The notes under the pieces: generated by a model
The model's input: the letters and a program-made list of their open reading frames with translations, nothing else
The model's database searches: none
What the model was told of the DNA's origin: nothing
NCBI GenBank assembly: GCA_043821445.1
Contig: JBDRCT010000013.1
Span: forward strand, 6,270-70,269
Reading direction: 5' to 3'
Origin: Candidatus Omnitrophota bacterium
GTDB taxonomy: Bacteria > Omnitrophota > Omnitrophia > Omnitrophales > Aquincolibacteriaceae
Length of the DNA stretch: 64,000 nucleotides
In this document: piece by piece, positions 21,501 through 27,500 of the stretch
Layout of the letters: every line of letters starts with the position of its first letter
How positions within the stretch are numbered: position 1 is the stretch's first letter
Made by a program: the position numbers and the translations under genes

Positions 21501-24500
21501 ATCCCGCATTTCGGCCCGTACAATGGGAGAAGCTGATTGAGTCATAGCGTTAGTTTTACTAACGGAAGCGTCTAGGGGAACATCCTCGCCCGTGTGTAGG
21601 CGGACCTCGGAACGTAAAACATCTTTGCGCGAGATAGTTGAACTTTCAAGGCGCGCACCGAACGGCTTGCCTGCGGGAAAATCACGCGTAAACCTTTCAA
21701 AACGTTTGAAAAGCGCCACGGCTTGCTCGTAGATCGCATCATCCGTGTTCAGTTTTGACATCTCGAGCAAGAACCATCCCGCATATTGCCAAAGAAAAGT
21801 TCCGCGGATAAATTCGGGCAAGGCTTCGAGCTCTTCGACGGTCAAAGGCTCGCGCGCTTCTGCTTGATATCCCCGCACGATCGCCTGCAGCACCTCAAGA
21901 TCATAAGACCTGCCTTTTTCAGGCCCGCGCGCCATCGCCGGGTTCTTCAGGTCCTCGAGCCGCGCCTGATAACGCAGTTTGCCGTAATCATAGACCGCAA
22001 GTGCGGTATGGCCGTCGCCGGTAAAGCGCATGTTATGAAGGCTTAAGTCCGCGGACACGAACGCCTTCGGCAGTCTTTCATAAAGAGAGTCCGGAAGATT
22101 GGCCCGCAGGATCTTCATTTGGGAGAGAACTAACGGGAGGTTCTCCAAAAAGAGTTTTTCGCCCCGGCCAAGACGCGCTGCTCCTGCGGTGAGCTCTCTG
22201 ATCCGGAGCGCGATCCCTAATGATTCAAAATCTTTGTCCCGCTCAAGGATCGCGATCAACGGTTTTTCGCTCTTGCCGCCCTCCAGCTTAAAGCCTCCGG
22301 AAATATTTTGAAATGCGGCGATCAACGCGCCAAGATCCTCAAATTGTTTTAAGTTCGCGTCCTCATAGCGGATCTCCACACCCCGGGAGATTGCTTCTTC
22401 AAGAACGTAATAACCGCCATCAAGTTCGACCAGAAAATCATCCGCGACATTCCCCGCGCGCCCCTTGAGCGGAATAAGCCGTGGGACTGAAGACACGCCG
22501 CTTTGCTGTAACGCGTTCTGATAAGACACGATGTATTGGGCACCCGGACGGGAAGTGCTTAATTTTTTGAACACGAACGAACCTTCCTTCGATCGAAGGA
22601 GAATAGGCACTTGAGGTTTTACCGCATGCCCGATCGGGTAAGCGATCAGAGGGTCCGACAGTTCTAGATCATAATGGGAACGGACCGCATGGATCTTTTG
22701 ATCGAATGTTACCGGCGTGACGGCCAAGTCTTGAGATTTCGTGCTTTGCGCCATACCACCGCCGAGGTTTTTCTGTATTGTTATCGTCGCGGCAAGGACC
22801 GCCGGCGGTGTCCCGGCCAAGATCGAGAAATGCCTGTCTCGTTGGGCGCGATCAAGGATCGTCTGGTGGATCGCCCGCCCGATCTCAACGGCCGTACCTT
22901 GTTCGATGCTGAACGCAACAAACCCGGCAGTGACTACACCCCCCGCTTTCTTGAATATACCCCCCGCTTTTTTAAGAAGATAGCTTGAGGCAGCGATATC
23001 CCAAAGCGAAGGCCCATGATCACCGCCCTTCCAGAAAAGATGGGGCGCCTCCGTATCTTGACCCGAGTAAGCGATCCCCGCGAGGTTCAGGACTACGGAG
23101 CGCGTGTTATGTGAAATGGACTTCCATCCATCGCCCACTCCCAGGATGGGCGCGAGAACATTCTGAGGGTCATCATCGATCACCGCGCGAAGCTCCCCCG
23201 TCGACGATTCCTGACTGACACGCACCTGTTTTCCGTTCAAGTAAATGCCGCTGCGTTCCGCGGAAGCCTCGATCATGCCGAAACGCGGCGAGGCAACGAC
23301 GGCAAGCACCGGACGGCCCTTATAGTAGAGCGCGAGCGAAATGCCGTAATAGTCACTGCCGGGCTTGAGAAATTCCTTCGTCCCGTCGATCGGATCAAGG
23401 ATCCAGACAAAGTCCGAATCCGCGTTCTGCCAATTTTTCCGGGAGATCTCATTTTCCATCTTTTCTTCCGCGATCACGAAATGCTTCGGAAAACTTCTTT
23501 GGATCTCCGTAATGACGAATTGTTGGATAGTCTCGTCCGCTTCGGTCACAAGAGTAGGATTCCCGGAACCCGGCTCGATCTTGGTTTTTACGTCGAGACT
23601 CGAAAGCCGCCCCCGGAAATCGGCAAGGATCAGGCTTGCTTCACGAACGATCCAGCGGGCTTCAGCGGTCAGATCCCGGACCCGTTTCTTGTCGAGAGAG
23701 GCTTCGCGAAGCTCAAACGCTTTTGGAACGTGTTGGGTCTTTAAAAAAGGAAGTGTCGTCACGAAATTTTTCACGCGCCGGTAGGCTTGAAGAAAGATCT
23801 GAACGAAGCGGATCGCCGCAATGGCAGCTCTCGAGCCCACGATCGAAAGTTCTGCGCTTAAATGAATACCGGGACGCGTCAACACGCGCCCCGACATGCG
23901 AATCCGCTGTTCAAGAAGCCCGACGGTCATATGGAATACCTGCAAGATAACGGATACCGAAGTGCCGACCCGGCTTTCTTTCCAATAAACAGGCACCTCC
24001 TCGACAGTAAAGCCTTTTTCGCGCGCCAGAAGCAAAAGTTCCGTGTCGAAAGAAAGAAGGAGATCCTTCGTATCGGGAACGACCGCGAGCGCCGCTTCCC
24101 GGCTGAACGCCTTAAAGCCGGCCTGTGTATCACGGATTTTCCCCAGGGGCAGAATGAACCGCACCGCGATATTGTAAAGAGCGCTTGAGATGCTCCGAAA
24201 ACCCTCTCTACCGACGACCCGGGACCTGGGATGACCGCGCGAGCCGATCGCGACGCCGGCGCCGCCGGCCACGATCCGCTCCAGAAGCGACCCGACCTGG
24301 ATCAAGTTCGTGGAAAGATCGACATCGGTGTAAACCAGATAATCCGCGCCGCGATCGAGTGCGTCCTTCATCCCGAAAAGAATGCCCCCGCCCTTTTGGC
24401 TCTTTTTATTTTTTGAAAAAATGACGCGGACCTTCCCGGATCTTACGTATTCCGGAAAAAGCTCTTCGGCTTTTTGTGCGATCCGCTTGCCGGTCTTCCC

Positions 24501-27500
24501 CTCCGGGCTCGAATCATCGACGATGATAAGTTCATAATCATAAGAACTGTTCAGCGCGAAGAGCACATCCAACTCTTGCCGCACTTTGACCCTCAGCGCG
24601 TCCTGCCCTTCGATCTCCTCGTCAGGCGAAAAGAAGCGTGTGCCGCTCCTTGAAGAAATAACAATGCTTACCTTTCTTTTTTGGCCTTCGGGCAGGCGCG
24701 GTAATTTCGCCATTGATTCCATCGACTTCTCAAATTCGTACTGGCCTCGATAGGAACTTTCCGCCGGCATGACGGAACAAATAAGCTTCACCGCAGCAGC
24801 GCGAATGCGCTCAAGGATCATGGAACCGGGGCGAGCGGCAAAACGCGCCCGTTCTTCAGCCGACAGCACGGAAACGGTCTGGGACGTATAAGCCAGCCGC
24901 TCAAGCTTTGCCTTGATCTCCGCATGGATCAAAGGCCCCCTCTCGTTCAGCTTGATCTCTTTAAGCGCCCGTGTCTTGATCGCCGTGTAAAGGCCGGAAT
25001 CATCGGAAACCGTATCCGTGCTTGCCTGAAGCACCGGTAACGCTAAGGCTTCAAAAAAATCACCGCCCAGAGGCGCCCGGTCCTCTGCCAAAATGGTCGC
25101 CTCTCCTGTCGCAAGCGCGATCCCCTGCTGAAGCGCTTGTCCCGCCTCATGCGCTCGAGGATTCGTCACAAGTTGGAAGGTGCGGCCTGATGTCTTGGAA
25201 CCCGGTTCCTCGCTTAGCCGTTTGAGTTCCTCGAACCGTTCGCGCCGGAGTGTTTGACTGCGCGCGTCAACGGTAACGATCACTTGCTCGCTGACTTTTC
25301 CGCTTTGTTCAGAATGGAGATATTCGCTGAGCCGGTCGATGAAGGTGTCATCACTGAGTGTTGTGCCTATCACGATCGAAACCTGCGGGCGAACCCCCTC
25401 CGCCAGATCCTCCCCGGTCTGCTTCGCCCCAGCATCCCGCATCTCAGAACGGGCCGCCTTGGGATCTGGGCGAGCCTCGCTCCGTGCTTTGCCGGAGCGG
25501 GTGTTCAGAAAATGAAGGAAGGTTTTTTCGAGGCCTTCCCGAAGAGGAATGGCCGGAGCATATCCCAGGAACACGCGGGCTCTCGTAAGGTCAGGCCGGC
25601 GCCGGGCGGGATCGGAGGGATCTTTGACCTCCGCGATCCGGACAGGGACCGTTCTGTGAAGGTATTTTTGACCGAGTGCGTTGACAAGGTCCGCAAGCTC
25701 GCGAAGCGTGAACTCTGAATCATTGCCGATATTGAAAACGCGTTTCTGGACCGGCGTCTCCGGGCCCAGCTTGTCCGATCTCAGGAGCTTCAACAACCCG
25801 TCCACGGTATCATCTACATATCCGAAGCTCCGCGTGATCTTGTCGTTCCCATTGATCTCGATCGGTTTCCCTTGAAGCACTTTTTCGATGAAATTCGTGA
25901 TCACGCGCCCGTCATCGATCCGCATGAAAGGCCCGTAGGTATTAAAGATCCTTGCGATGCGGAGGTCGAGTCCTTCTCCGGCATAACGCGAGGCGTACAA
26001 TTTCATTAATGTTTCCGCGCCGCGCTTGGATTGGTCATACTGGGACCGCATCCTGAAGGGGCTGACGTTCCCCGCATAGGTCTCGGGCTGGGGATGGACC
26101 GCGGCATCCCCGTAAACTTCGGAGGTCGATGTGAAAAGGAACTGCGCGTGCTTGCGGCGCGCCAATTCCATCATTTCACGGATAGCCTGCAATCCGGCCC
26201 GTAGAGCTTCACGAGGATGCCCATAATAATCCGGCGGACTCGCGAGCGATGCAAGATGAAGGACCTGGTCGACAGGCCCTTCGATCTCGAAGGATTCGGA
26301 AACATCCCACTGTCTGAAATAAAAGTCCGGTTCATCCCGGAAGAACGAGGCGAAATCCTTGTTCGCACTTATCAGATTATCCAGGGCAATGACCTGATTC
26401 CCTTCCGCGAGAAGCTTCTTCACAAGGTTGATACCGATGAACCCTGCAGCACCCGTGACCACGATCCGTTTTTTCCCGCTCGGGACCCGCGGCAGAACCG
26501 GCCGGATAATCTCCGGTGCTGCATCGTTCTTTCCCGCTCTTACGATTTCAGCGATCGCACTCGGTTCCAGCAAAAGGTCCGATTCCGGAGTACGGGTTGT
26601 CTTAAGCACCTCCTCCAACCGGAATATCCTCGCTTCCATCTGGGCTTCGGGCGTCCTTGGCGTTTGTTTCTTTTTTAGGATGGCCGCCAAGGACAGCTCC
26701 GATTTCCGATCGTCTTTTTGATGATAATCGGTCGTCCCTGTGGCATCCCGGATATTTCTCGATAAGATATTTTTGACACCCTCCGCAATCTGCTCCGGAG
26801 AAACTTCCTTCCCGGGAAGCTGAAGCACGCGCACATCGACATTGCCCAATTCCTTGAAACGGAAGTAGGCGCTGGCCCAGGCTAACGCCGTGCGGGCCCC
26901 TTCGATCCAGGGCGCTTCATCCGCCAGCGGCCCGAACCCGTCCAGTTTCTCCGGGATCACAAGGACCACGGGCAATTTTTCCCGGGCGGCGCGTTCGAGA
27001 AGTTTTGGGAATTCAAAAACCATGGCGTGGAAATCGCGCCATGCCCGGTCGAGATCCGCCGGCCCCTTCGGCAAAAGCGGTGTTTGATACGCCAGCCCTT
27101 TTTCCGCACCGGTCTTGGCATCCCTCACCACCCAGGCCTTGGGTTCTTCCTTGGATGCGCTCAATCCGCTGATCATTTGCCGTGCCTCAGAGCGAATGCT
27201 TGGTGCTGTGGCCTTTTGGCCGGATTGCGGTTGATCAGAAGCGATGAGGCCCTTTTCAATCATAAGATTCAGAGTTGCGGGATCCAGCTCACTGCGCAGG
27301 TCACCGGCCAAGGAAGCCATCACGGCGAGTCTTTGGTGAATGACATTTTCTCCCCATGCATTCGCCATGACAAATTCGCTTTCGGGTCTTGCGGCCCGGG
27401 CGACATGAACAGGGACTTCAAAGGAGTGATGGCCCACCGACATTAGCTGTTTGTAATAGGCCTGGTGCCGTTTATCGTCCGGGTTGAACCGCGGAGAGAC

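Noticed and set aside
24690-25490. A second, degenerate GT2-like segment (VSIVIGTTLSDD...ATGEATILAEDRAPLGG) between the UXS and GT2 domains of the giant protein
   Set aside because: The resemblance is weak and lacks a clear DxD motif, so it was not called as a feature.
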